Source of the DNA: Octopus sinensis
Taxonomy: Eukaryota
Assembly (NCBI RefSeq): GCF_006345805.1
Contig: NC_043000.1
Span: 37,758,001-37,822,000, forward strand
Length of the DNA: 64,000 bases
Direction: 5' to 3'
This document shows, piece by piece, positions 12,659 through 24,970 of the stretch (position 1 is the stretch's first letter; every line of letters begins with the position of its first letter). Below the pieces are notes generated by a model. The model did no database searches, was not told the DNA's origin, and worked only from the letters and a program-made list of their open reading frames with translations. The position numbers and the translations under genes are program-made.

Positions 12659-13212
12659 TTATGGGTTGTCCGGAAAGTTCGTTCTGATTTTTAAAGGAAA
12701 GTAAAGGTCACTAAATACTTGCCATTACATTTTTAATGAACCAAATCTGAACCATTTCGTTGCACAATACGTCTCCATCTTTCCTTTACCTTGAAAATAC
12801 CCTCTTCCCAGAAATGGGGTGGTTTCAAGGCAAAGAATTCGTCAAGGTATCTTTTTACGTCATCTAAGGAATTGAAACTTTTACCATTAAGACTTTTCTG
12901 CAGAGACCTGAATAAGTGGAAATCTGGGGAATAGGGAGGGTGGGGGTAACACATCCCAGCCGCGCTGCAACAATTTTTGTCTGGTTCCCAAAGCATCAAG
13001 TGCCGAAAATGAACTTTCTCATCTTTTATTTTAAAGGATTACAGAATTAACACAGGTTATAGGAACATAAACCTTCTTCCACGAAAAGATAGCTTAAACT
13101 GTGCTCTAAATGGAGGTGTAGTCAAATCCTATTTTATGGACTCAAACATGTTCTAAAATAAGTCGAAAGATAAGTTACTATAAATCGGCACGAACTTTCC
13201 GAACAACCCAAT
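12659..13212 (-). mobile_element. Internally deleted mariner (DD34D type) with both TIRs
   Basis: TIRs TGGGTTGTCCGGAAAGTTCG / CGAACTTTCCGAACAACCCA; ORF HPPYSPDFHLFRSLQ...FFALK...ERW. Confidence 0.9.
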
Positions 13213-13460
13213 ATTTCTATATTTTTATCATGAAACGCTTAACATAAATATGTGTACATTCGTATGGAATAATACCTCATGTGCTACATCTGAATTTTCT
13301 TGTCTGAATGTTTTAAGACAAATATCCGAAATTTTTATCATATACCACATTTTATTAATACTTAGCTCATATACGGAGGCAAAAATGTTGTACTATATAC
13401 TGCAGGTTATCTCCATTAAAATTCCCGTATTATATACATTATATATATATATAATATACA

Positions 13461-14184
13461 CACTGGCGAAAATAAAATTAAGACCGATGATACAAGTTCT
13501 ATTTCTTACAAAATATTATGTTACTAGTCCTTTGCCTATCTTTATATTGACCAGTCTCCGAGTATAACTTCCACGCTTGCACGCAAGCCGGTTTACTGCA
13601 CTTTAATTGCTTGCTGATGTTCGAAAAGGAAACTTTTTGCTGTAATATACGATTTTTGCTCTCGTGACTGGACTAAGGCTACGTTGCTTTTCCATAATCA
13701 ATAAATTGTATGAAATTAAATTATAACTTTATATGGTGCATTTAGGCTCGATGTGTGACCACCCATTTTGGCCAAAAAAATTGCATACATATTACATGGT
13801 CTTAAACTAATTTTGCCGGTAAATTTGAAACGTTTATATTACGCTCTGAGTTCAAATTCCGCCGAGGTCGACTTTGCCTTTCAACCTTTCGGTGTCGATA
13901 AATTAAGTTCCAGTTACGCACTGGGGTCGATGTAATCGACTTAATCCGTTTGTCTGTCCTTGTTTGTCCCCTCTATGTTTAGCTCCTTGTGGGCAGTAAA
14001 GAAATATATATTAATTTAGCATTAGAATTCTTCAAGTTGTATAAAAATTGTTTGCATCATTCGAAAGAGAAATAAATTTTGCATAAGGTTTAAAAGATAT
14101 AAATAATTTGTATGGTGTTAGTAACAAAATATTTTGTAAGAAATAGAACTTTTATCGTCGGTCTTAAATATATTTTCGCCGGTG
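13461..14184. mobile_element. Non-autonomous Tc1/mariner-like MITE
   Basis: TIRs CACTGGCGAAAATAAAATTAAGACCGA (13461) and TCGGTCTTAAATATATTTTCGCCGGTG (to 14184); TA-rich flanks. Confidence 0.75.
13842..14005 (+). mobile_element. 5'-truncated SINE family B (Meta-domain-like) inside the MITE
   Basis: GAGTTCAAATTCCGCCGAGGTCGACTTTGCCTTTC...GTAAAGAAAT. Confidence 0.85.
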
Positions 14185-14190
14185 TATATA

Positions 14191-16773
14191 TCTCAGGTCA
14201 TCCCATAAGTTCTGTCCGAATTTTGGATAAAGAATCCAGGTGATCAAATGTTATATTTAATTGAAAGTTAATCATCAATGTACTTTCACTGATTATCTAT
14301 GACTTACTTCCATCTATTCACAAGCTTTTTAATTCCATCAATGTAAAACTCTTTTGGTTTCAAAGCGAAGAACTCTGAAATGTCAGGTTCGACCTCCTCC
14401 TGGCTTGCGAAAGTTGTGTCCCCCTAATAATTCTGTAAACTATGAAACAAATGGTATCCTGAAGGAGTAAGGTCGGGAGAAAAAGTTGGATGAAGAAATT
14501 TTTCCAAACCGACCTCTTCGATCTTCTGTGATGTGATCTTTGCAGTGTAGGGTTGCGCATTGTCCTGATGAAACATCACTCGTTTTCGACTCACTAAAGC
14601 GGCTCTTTTTTCCTTCAAAGCTTGGTTCAAACGCTCTAATTGCTAACAGTAGACTTGAGCATTGATTGTTGCATTAGGTGGTAACAATATAAAGTGAATT
14701 ACGCCTTTGCAATCGCACCAGAGAGAGTAGAAACTTTTTCCCATGAAGTTCCCTTCTCGGTGTGGTTGAGCATTTTCCCTTTTACCAAGCCACTCTTTAC
14801 GACGTTTAACATTTCGATAGAAAATCCATTTTTCGTCACAAGTCTATCGAAAAAGGTGAAATGATTTTGCGAGAATAGAGAGAAGAGCAGATGTCAACTC
14901 GGGATTTGCGGTTGCTTTCGGACAATACATAAGGCACCTATTTTCCAAGTTTAGGAATCTTTCCACGTTGTTGAAGATGACGATGAACTGTTGTATGGTT
15001 TGAAGTAAGCTTTATTGCCAATTCTTCAACTGATAATGACGTATTTTCTTCAAGTAATGCCTCAAGGAGCTTATCATCAAACTCAACTGAACATCCTATT
15101 CGATCTTCATCTTCAATTTTGCAAACGAACTCCTGCAAGTTCTTTCATTCAAGCACTTTCTCATAAACTGAGTGTATGTTTCGAGTCACTTCGGCTGCAG
15201 AGTTACCTTTATTGTACTCATAAAGAATTATATGTGCCTTAAATGCTCCTTGGATACTTCCATGTTGAAAGGGTTTTAATCAAAGCAATTTTAGAGTGTC
15301 CACGAAGTCAGGGTACATGGAATAAAATCATAATATAAACAAATATAAGAAATAATAATTTTCCTTTTTTTACTTTTGTTTAAATTAAATTAAAAAAATA
15401 CTTTACTTTTCTAAATGTATTTGTTATTTTTTCTACAGATGATCGAATGGCGGCTCTGTCTAAATAAGAAAGAATCCCAGATCGAATGATGGATCTGTCT
15501 AAAGAAGAAAGAATCTATTTAGTATTATTAAGTGGACGAGAGGGATGGTCTTATCGCAAAATTACGGGAGAATTTAATCTTCGACACCCTTATAGGTAAC
15601 CTATTTCTTTTACTGCCGTCGGGAAATTGATCAAGAAATTTAAAGAAACAGGCAGTGTTTTGATAAACCCCGTTCCGGGCGACCAAAGGCTTCAGATGAA
15701 ACGAAAGAGGCTGTCATGGCTAAAGTTTCTGCTAGCCCAAAGAAATCACTTCGTCGGACAGCCACGGTGTTAGGTGTTCCAAAACCAACCATCCACAAAA
15801 TGCTGGTTGAGGAAAAGTTTCATCGATACAACCTACAGATATTGCATCACTTAAATGAAGACGATCCTGATAGACGAATGTAGACATGCGAATGGTTTTC
15901 AGATAAATTGGATGAAAATATCAATTTTACGAAAAACTTTGTTGTTCAGTGACAAAGCTACGTTTTATGTAAATGGTGAGGTCAACAGACAGAATCTTCT
16001 ATACTGGTCTCGAGGTAATCCACAGTGGATGGATCCATTCAAACAGCAAAGCAGGAAAAAGGTGATGGTGTGGTGTGGTTTGTGGAAAGCTCATGTTCTA
16101 GGACCCTTCTTCATTGAACATGTAACGGATGAGACTTATGTAAACATATTGAGGGACAAATTAATATCTCAAATTGAGCGCCTAGGCGAGGGCCTTCCGA
16201 ATTGGTTTCAGCAGGAGGGGCCCCTACCCATTTTTCCACAACTGTTAGAGATTGGCTTAATGACACTTTTCCTCACTGGATTGGAAGAAGGGCTCATATG
16301 GAAAGGTCCCCTCGTTCACCAGACCTTTCTCCCCTTGATTTCTTTTTCTGGGGGTATGTTGAAAGAGAAAGATTACAATAAAGATTACAGATTTAAAACA
16401 CATGAGAGAACGCCTTACCAGTCAGTGTGCTGAAATTGATGGCAATGTAGACTTATTTAATCAAGTTCACCTGAATTTTGCAAGGCGCATCAAGTTGTGC
16501 ATTGAAAATTGATGGAAATCACTTTGAAAATATTATTTATTAACATTATAATTAAATAAAATTGGTTTGTTTTAAAAGTATTTGTTAATCCCCATGTACG
16601 CAGGCTTTGTGGACACCCTCTGTTATTTTGTAAAACAATATTGAATTAGTTTAAACGTACACAAATGCATAAAAATAATTTTTAATTGAATTAGACATTT
16701 GAAAATACTATTAAATTTCATTCAAATCTAAAAAAAAGGGAAAATTGGACAGAACTGATAGGATGACTTGATA
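14191..16773 (-). mobile_element. Decayed mariner (DD34D type), interrupted by a nested Tc1-like element
   Basis: TIR TCAGGTCATCCCATAAGTTCTGTCCGAATTT matches the reverse complement of 16741-16773; transposase MEVSKEHLRH... from ATG at 15263, FHQDNA, HPTFSPDLTPSGYHLF. Confidence 0.85.
15292..16622 (+). mobile_element. Tc1/mariner element, DD40-41D (rosa-like), frameshifted transposase
   Basis: TIRs GTGTCCACGAAGTCAGGGTACATGG / CCATGTACGCAGGCTTTGTGGACAC; motifs LFSDKATF, WFQQEG, WIGRR, SPRSPDLSPLDFFFWG with about 40 aa between the last two acidic positions. Confidence 0.85.
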
Positions 16774-17714
16774 TATATAATCTATGATATTCTAGCAGGT
16801 TTCAAGTTTATAACACCTTGATATCTCATGTTATCTCATTTTATATGCCTAAGACATTTATTTTCTATTCTGGTTTTTATATATTTCTATACATTATATT
16901 TGTATCTATAATTTATTTTAAGCCGAAACATAATACGATCCTTGTACAAATGAAAGAACAAGAATGTCCTCTGGAACTTTTATCTTATATTTTACAGAGA
17001 AATTGGAAGCCCCGAATGTAAGCCACCACTTTATGCATAATACAATATTTATAGTTCTCTATTTCTAACTCAAATTCTGTCCTCAATAATTATAGATCTC
17101 TATTTCTAAATGAAATTCTTTTTCTTCTCGTTCAGTTTATAACTATAACACGCATTCTTGTCTGTCTCTTGACAAAGCTTTTTTTCTCCAGCTATCACCA
17201 CTTCACCTCGTTAGGGTTAAACAGCCCTTACCGAATGTTTTCACTGTCCTGTTTTTGCTAGCAGCTTTGACGTTCCACGTATCTCAAATTTTATTTAATT
17301 TGCTTTGGGGGAGCAATTGCTTTAACGAAGACGCATCTTGTTGCACTGCTCGCAATGCGGTGTAGGTAAATCTGCCAACAATTGAGGAAGGGTTGTTTTT
17401 TTTATGCTGCCTTCGCGCTATAGTTCTCAATATATAATGGAAATTCTTCCGACCCAACCCAACCCAACCCCTATAGCTGTGTACAGTCGCCCCAATGCCG
17501 CTATAGCAGAAGACACATGCCAAATTACCACACAGCTGCACCTGTGTGTGGGTGGGTGGGTGTATCGGTATGAGTGTATGGGTGTATATATGTATGCATG
17601 TATATATGTGTACATATCACATGTACATCTATATATACATCTAGACATACATGTTTACATATACATGTATATCTATAGAAATACATCTATACATATACAT
17701 CAGTATATACTCAT

Positions 17715-17884
17715 GTATATTATATATATATAGAATATATATATATATATATGTATGTATGTATGTATATATATTTATATAATATATATATATATATATG
17801 TATGTATGTATATATTATTTATATATATATATATGTATGTATGTATATATTTCTATATAATATATATATATATGTATGTATGTA

Positions 17885-17915
<31 letters not shown>

Positions 17916-18015
17916 ATATATGTATTATGTATATATATTTATATATATATTATAGATATATATATATATGTATGTATGTATTATATATATTTATATATAT
18001 ATATATGTATGTATG

Positions 18016-18055
<40 letters not shown>

Positions 18056-18249
18056 GTATGTATGTATATATTTATATATATATATTATGTATGGATGTAT
18101 ATATATTTATATATATATATATATGTATGTATGTATATATATTTATATATATATATATATATTATGTATGTATGTATATATATAATATATATATATATAT
18201 ATGTATGTATGTATGATAATATTATAATATATATATGTATATGTATGTA

Positions 18250-18297
<48 letters not shown>

Positions 18298-18303
18298 ATT
18301 ATT

Positions 18304-18340
<37 letters not shown>

Positions 18341-18632
18341 GTATATATATTTATATATATATATATATATGGATGTATGTATATATATTTATATATTATA
18401 TATATATGTTATGTATGATATATATTTATATATATAATAATATATGTATATGTATGTATAGATATATATTATATATATAATATATTGTATGTATGTATAT
18501 ATATTATATATATATATATAGTATGTTGTATGTATGTATATATATTTATTATATATATATATATGTATGTATGTATGTATGTAATATATTATATATATAT
18601 ATATATAATATGTATGTAGATGTATATATATT

Positions 18633-18663
<31 letters not shown>

Positions 18664-18684
18664 GTATATATAGATATTTATTTA

Positions 18685-18728
<44 letters not shown>

Positions 18729-18770
18729 ATTATAATATATATATATATATATTATATGTATATATATACA
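17715..18770. repeat. ~1.05-kb compound (TA)n/(TATG)n microsatellite
   Basis: Direct reading. Confidence 0.95.
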
Positions 18771-19177
18771 TTTATTGAAATGGATAAATGAATATCTTGT
18801 TACGGATTATTCAAAATTAACCGATACCTGGGTAGCAAAAAATCACAACAGAAAGAACACGGTTGAAGTTACGACCATGGGGTGTCGCAACCGTGCCTAG
18901 CGCGGATAATTGAAGTTTAATAATATATATATATATATATATGTATATATATTATATATATATATATATGTATATAATATATATATTATATACATATGTG
19001 TATGGTATATATCTATATATACATATATACATATATATATATATATATTATATATATATATATATTCACACCATTGAGTTTGGTGATACTAGTTGCGGAT
19101 TAGCTCGCTTGATTTAGAGTTGATGGTGCCTTCTAGTATATCAAAATCAATATATAATCATTTAGATTATAGTATTA

Positions 19178-19267
19178 TACGCTGAAGAGAAAAGAAGTTT
19201 CGGTAAGATAGAATTATTTAATATTAATTCTTATGCTTTCCTAAAAACTTGATTCGAAACGTACGTC
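19178..19267 (+). ncRNA. Type I hammerhead candidate with long stem II (family C)
   Basis: TACG-CTGAAGA-GAA[~60-nt imperfect hairpin]TTC-GAAAC-GT-A-CGTC; 3-bp stem I. Confidence 0.55.
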
Positions 19268-19860
19268 CGTAGATAACTTACAAAATGTATGATAGATTGC
19301 CGTCAATTCATTCTCTCTTACCTGTTGTGTTGCCTTCCAATTGCTGTCTTTACTGAGATCTCCCTTTTTAGTAGAAGAAATAGCTATAACTCTTTGACTG
19401 CTATTTCTAAATTCGTATTGGTAAGGCAATTCGTGCAAACCCTTATTGCTTAGTATATATATAATATAATATATATATTATATATATATATATATATATA
19501 TTATTGGTAAAACGGTAAGATAACAAAAGAACGCCATGATAGATCGTTAGCCACTACACCCATTTTTTTCTCTCCTTGTTTTTTCTGTGTCCTTTTCTAT
19601 TCCTGAGCGTTGTACTAATACATCTCTTTGTTTTGTACACCACCTGTCTTCGTCTTTTGGTTTTTCGTAAACTTTCCCTATATATGTATATATATATGTA
19701 TATATATATGTATGTATATATGTATGTATATGTATGTATATGTATATATGCTTCCGTAAAGACGGTGAAAATATTGACTATTTCCCCAAACAGGGACACA
19801 ATTCAATTTTTAAACAATAACCAAAGTCCCTTCTCCGAAAGGGGGAGGGTTACGGTTTAC

Positions 19861-20248
19861 GGCGAGCTGGCAGAACCGTTAGCACGCCGGGCGAAATGCT
19901 CAGCGGTATTTCGTCTGCCGTTACGTTCTGAGTTCAAATTCCGCCGAGGTCGACTTTGCCTTTCATCCTTTCGGGGTCGATTAAATAAGTACCAGTTACC
20001 CACTGGGGTCGATGTAATCGACTTAATCCGTTTGTCTGTCACTGTTTGTCTTCTTTGTGTTTAGCCCCTTGTGGGTAGCAAAGAAATAGGTATTTCGTCT
20101 GTGGCTACGTTCTGAGTTCAAATTCCGCCGAGGTCGACTTTACGTTTCATCCCTTCGGGGTCGATGAATTAAGTACCAGTGAAACGCTGGGGTCCATCTA
20201 ATCGACTGGGCCTCCTCCCACAAACTTTCGGTTGATGTGCCTAGAGTA
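19861..20248 (+). mobile_element. SINE family B plus tandem 5'-truncated second unit
   Basis: GGCGAGCTGGCAGAACCGTTAG head; second unit starts at GGTATTTCG (20089). Confidence 0.85.
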
Positions 20249-20752
20249 GAACAGAATATGTCAACGTTTGAAAGGTAATAACTAATATTCATGTGCCGAG
20301 ATAAAACATGAGATAAACACTAAGGTTATTTTAACTGTTCTGGCAAATGATTGACCTCTAGATTTCTTTCGACTTTAGTAACCGTTTTTAGTAAAGAATA
20401 TACTTCACCGTAATTGCCGACGTGCATGTTTGAGAATCATTAAGCAAAGATGCAATATTGTACACGTGTTGACTGGTGAAATTAGGATATTTTAAAGAAT
20501 AAATAAGAGACGCCATCGACGTAGAAAACAACAGTCAAGTTTAGTTTTAATCGTTTTTATTTCTGTCCATGTGACTCACAGAGTTTTTCCAAGTGCTAAT
20601 CTTGGCTTCACATTCGTAACGATGAGAGTGATCAAGGAGTTTCTGTAACTGGTTGACGAGCAAATATTGTGAAGGACTTCGTTAAAAGAAAAACCTATCT
20701 TTCTTTGGTTCAACCAGTTTCATATCATTTGCCTATATAACTAGCGATATAC

Positions 20753-20860
20753 ATCCATCCATCCATCCATCCATCCATCCATCCATCATCCATCCATCCA
20801 TCCATCCATCCATCCATACATACATACATACATACACACATACGTACGTACGTACGTACA
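20753..20860. repeat. (CATC)n(CATA)n(CGTA)n microsatellite
   Basis: Direct reading. Confidence 0.9.
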
Positions 20861-21106
20861 TAAAAACCTCCTGCTTCTATATACGGATTACAAATTTACA
20901 TTTATACCAATAATAATTGGTGCACTTGATTCTGTAAGTAAATGCCTAACTGCCAGTCTGGATAAACTTGGACTTTCAGAAAAAGAAATCAACCGACTCG
21001 CAGATTACAAAAACAATCTATAAGCGGAACTGTAAAACAAAGTTTTCGCTACATTATTTACATTATTTACATTTGATGGATATTTGTCCTCATCTTGTTT
21101 GTTGTT

Positions 21107-21151
21107 AACACAACGTTTCGGCTGATATAACCTCCAGTCTTATCAGGTGTC
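21107..21151 (-). ncRNA. Hammerhead family A with CUGAUAA core (likely inactive)
   Basis: Reverse complement GACAC-CTGATAA-GACTG...CAGCC-GAAACGTT-GTGTT. Confidence 0.55.
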
Positions 21152-21204
21152 TTGGGGAAATTTTGAACCTTAGGAATGAGAACCCAGGTTCAAAATTTCC
21201 CCAA

Positions 21205-21250
21205 GACTCCTGATAAAGGCTGGAGAGTATATCAGCCGAAACGTTGTGTT
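21205..21250 (+). ncRNA. Hammerhead family A with CUGAUAA core (likely inactive)
   Basis: GACTC-CTGATAA-A-GGCTG...CAGCC-GAAACGTT-GTGTT. Confidence 0.55.
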
Positions 21251-21621
21251 AACAACAAACAAGATGAGGACAAATATCCATCAAATGTAAATAATGTAAT
21301 TGATTCCTCTTCTCTTAAATATAGAACTCTATTATGTTTTCGTTATCTGCATTCCAGCCATGGAGCTTCGTATCTTTGTAAGAAACCAGCTCCTTCTTCA
21401 GCGAAAGAGTTTAGATAATTGAAAATAGAAAAGAACACACACACACACACACACAGCAGGTAGCAATTGTATCTAATAGTTGTTCATATTACTGTGGTTA
21501 CTCTTAGCAGGGACGAAACTGCATTAATCCCCCAGGCAGAAAGATGATGTGGATTGTCTGGTAGTGTTACAACCTCATTTTCTTAGCTAACGCAAGTTGT
21601 TGTGTTTTACTCCTTATCTTT

Positions 21622-21662
<41 letters not shown>

Positions 21663-22160
21663 CGTTCCTAACATGCCACTTATTCTCACTCTGGCCTCTC
21701 AGATTTCTCCCCCAACACAGTTCCCACCATTTTTATTACTCGCTAATTTCCTCATTTACTAAAAGACTATTTTTAGAGTTTCAAATCTGACGTACCTATC
21801 TTATTTCAGGTGTATCAGAGTAACTCACCAAGCGTTTTCTCTTTCTCGGTCATCATGGCTTCAGTATTTTTAGGTTTCGTCTCCACTCCATCAATCCTTA
21901 AACATACGTATGATGGTCATTGACACCACCGGGACAAACGTTCGTCTTCACACTTCGAAACTGAAAGTTCCTCGATTGACACCTGATAAGAAGCACTTCC
22001 CATTTGTTCCGTCTGCGATATTGCTCTCTTTTTTACCTAATCACTCTCTCTCTCTCTGTCTCTCTCTCACTCTTTCACTCACACATACACACACTCACAC
22101 ACATACCCATATAGAACCTTATGTTATGCCTAACGAACTATTCCACCATTGTTTAGTCCT

Positions 22161-23140
22161 TATAGATGTTTTCGTTCTAGTTTGGATTCTTTGCCTTCAA
22201 ATTGAATTCTTTGCAATCAAATTTAAATTTTTCAAAGGGACTTCGTAAGAAAGCTAAAACGCAGAAAACGGTCAACAGGCATGCGCTGAAGTGTTGCAAA
22301 CGGTAGAAAGTAGGAGTCTTCCTCTTCGAAAGAATATTCGATTCGAAGCTAGTTTCTCGAAATTGGTTCTCAAGCCTTGAAAAAAAAGAGTTAAACATCA
22401 GCCGTAACAGAATACATGTCTATCTTATCTAAGTCGTCCAGTAGAGCCCACTGTTACTCGAACTTCCATCTAACCCCGAGCTTGGGACAAGAAACTCGAG
22501 TTGGATAAACTCGAATGGTAAGCTCTTTGTTCTTTGTAACCGTTTTATGAAGTCACTTTTTTTGTTAAAAAATTGTTCAATTTGCAGCTTCGTAAAGCGA
22601 ACGGACTGGTTCTTTTAAGATCACTCTTGGGTAAAGGTCGAATAGCATAGTTCTCGAATGAAAACTGCAGCTATCAAGAACTTATGAGCATTACTTTTGC
22701 ATAATACTATTACTAATAGCAATTCACCATACGTAGGCATAAAGGAAAAAAATGAGCTCATACAAATCCTGATATAACGACCTGCCTGAATGCGTCCACG
22801 TGTTATACCAGACACGTGCATGTCATGTACAATAGACAGTCTCATTAAAAGACACAACCACGGGGGGAGGGGAGGATGTAGCATAAACCCGCGCTTTAAA
22901 GCAATTTTATGCAATTTTGGGGGAGGGGTGAAATTACCCTTATGATTAGAAGTTATGATCAACAATTTTTGATTTAAATCAGACCTGACTTTCTACCGTT
23001 TGCAACACTTCAGCGCATGTTCGTTGACCGTTTTCTGCGTTTTAGCTTGTCTTACAAAGTCCCTTTGAAAAATTCAAATTTGATTGCAAAGAATTCACAT
23101 TTGATGGCAAAGAATCCAAACTAGATCGAAAACATCTATA
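22161..23140. mobile_element. ~980-bp fold-back/MITE-like element with ~160-bp inverted arms
   Basis: 22161-22319 is the near reverse complement of 22981-23140; both ends finish in TATA. Confidence 0.8.
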
Positions 23141-23447
23141 TTTGAGTAAGCCGTCGAGAGAAACTAAATTTTCTCTCAAACTCAGAACAAATTTTCAGAG
23201 AAATTTGATTCTACTTTCGGTTTTGACCCAACGCAGCAGTGAACGATATTTGCTGGTATTTCTAAAATTACACTCAAAGAACAGCCTAAATATTATAAAT
23301 TCGCCCATTCGCATACAGACTACTGCACACACACACACACACATACACGTACGCTCAGTTATAGATACAAACAGGAACATAGGCACACACGTATATATAG
23401 ACGCGCACATACATATATGCATAGATACATACACGTAAATAAATGCA

Positions 23448-23489
<42 letters not shown>

Positions 23490-23666
23490 CATAAAGAGAA
23501 AGAGAAAGAGAGTGAGAGATTTATATACATATATATATATATATATATAAAGAGAGAGAGAGACATATGTGAATATGTATATGTATGCACATAAATATAC
23601 AATACATATATGTGTAAAGTTGAAATTTACATAAACACAAAAGACGAAGACAGATGTGTAAACAAC

Positions 23667-23677
23667 ATATATATCTG

Positions 23678-23768
<91 letters not shown>

Positions 23769-23829
23769 ATATATATATATATATATATATACAAATGTAT
23801 ATATATATATATATGTGTGTGTGTGAGTT

Positions 23830-23855
<26 letters not shown>
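23667..23855. repeat. (TATC)n(TA)n(TG)n microsatellite
   Basis: Direct reading. Confidence 0.95.
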
Positions 23856-23862
<7 letters not shown>

Positions 23863-23952
23863 ATATAGGTGGTGGTTGTCTTCTCCTTATGCAGCGTCTG
23901 ACCACGTCTTGTACTTACACCTTAGATCCATCATGACGTCTAATGTGGCTTT

Positions 23953-24970
23953 TTAACCCCTTTTTTCCTCAAAAAGGTTTTTTCATACTAAAGTGAATTT
24001 TATTCATTTAAAATGGCCTGGGATGGGACAAATCAGGGTTACAGCGTAAGGAGTAGGATGGAAAAAAGAAAGAGTTCACTTGTCCAGAAGCGATCTTCTT
24101 TTATAACAAATATATGGCTGGAGTAGATTGCTCTGATCAAATGGTAATACTGTATGAAGTGGATCGAAAAAGTAGAAAATGGTGGACTAAAGAGTTCTTC
24201 AGGCTTCTAATGACAGCTGTTTATAACAGCTATGTTATTCTCTCTGAAATTCACCATACGAAACCACCATTTAGAAATTTCTTGGTAAATGTAGCTGAAC
24301 GTTCCATCGAGACAGGAAGACCGAATTTTCCACAAAAGAGAATGAGATCTTTCGGACGGCTTTTTAAGACTTCAGGGTTGATTTGGAGTCTGGGTGATTC
24401 TACGTCAATAAAACAAAAGAATTGAGAAGCTGTACGACATGTACTTCAAGAACAAAGAACGGAAGACCAAATACATCTGCCGGAAATGCAACACTACTTT
24501 ATGCATTGATGAATGTTTTACAGTATATCCCACAGAGCATGTATTTATAAATCGTGGGTATTCTCGTAAATATTATTTGAGAAACGGAATATATTCATTA
24601 GTTAGCATGATATAAGAGAAAAATAACTATATAATTACATAATAATTATACGAGGAAAGAAGTTTATTTATTATTTCATAAGTATTATTTGGAAGGGGTC
24701 ATTATATATATCATTTTATAAGTGTTATTCGAAAAAATAATTGTAATTTATAATAAATATTATATGAGAAAGCAATTATAGCTTTATTTTGCGTTTGAAA
24801 TAAACTGTAAGATTATTTCATTTTATTTCTGTAATTTTCTGAACTTGCTCAACGTACATGCGAAATAGCGTTGGGATAGGACAGTCGCAAGTATTTGTTC
24901 ATTAGAATACTGTTGGGACATTTTTGTCCCACGTTCAAATAATCCTATGTGACGATAAGAAAGGTTTATA
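23953..24970 (+). mobile_element. Internally deleted piggyBac remnant
   Basis: TTAA-CCCC left end; ORF (Y)NKYMAGVDCSDQ...RKSRKWW; C-terminal Cys cluster YICRKCNTTLCIDECF; AGAAAGG right end. Confidence 0.75.

Larger units (their letters stand above)
21052..21335. mobile_element. Head-less hammerhead-SINE tail as a head-to-head palindrome (copy 3)
   Basis: Minus arm 21052-21170 and plus arm 21167-21335 joined at ACCT microhomology. Confidence 0.8.
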
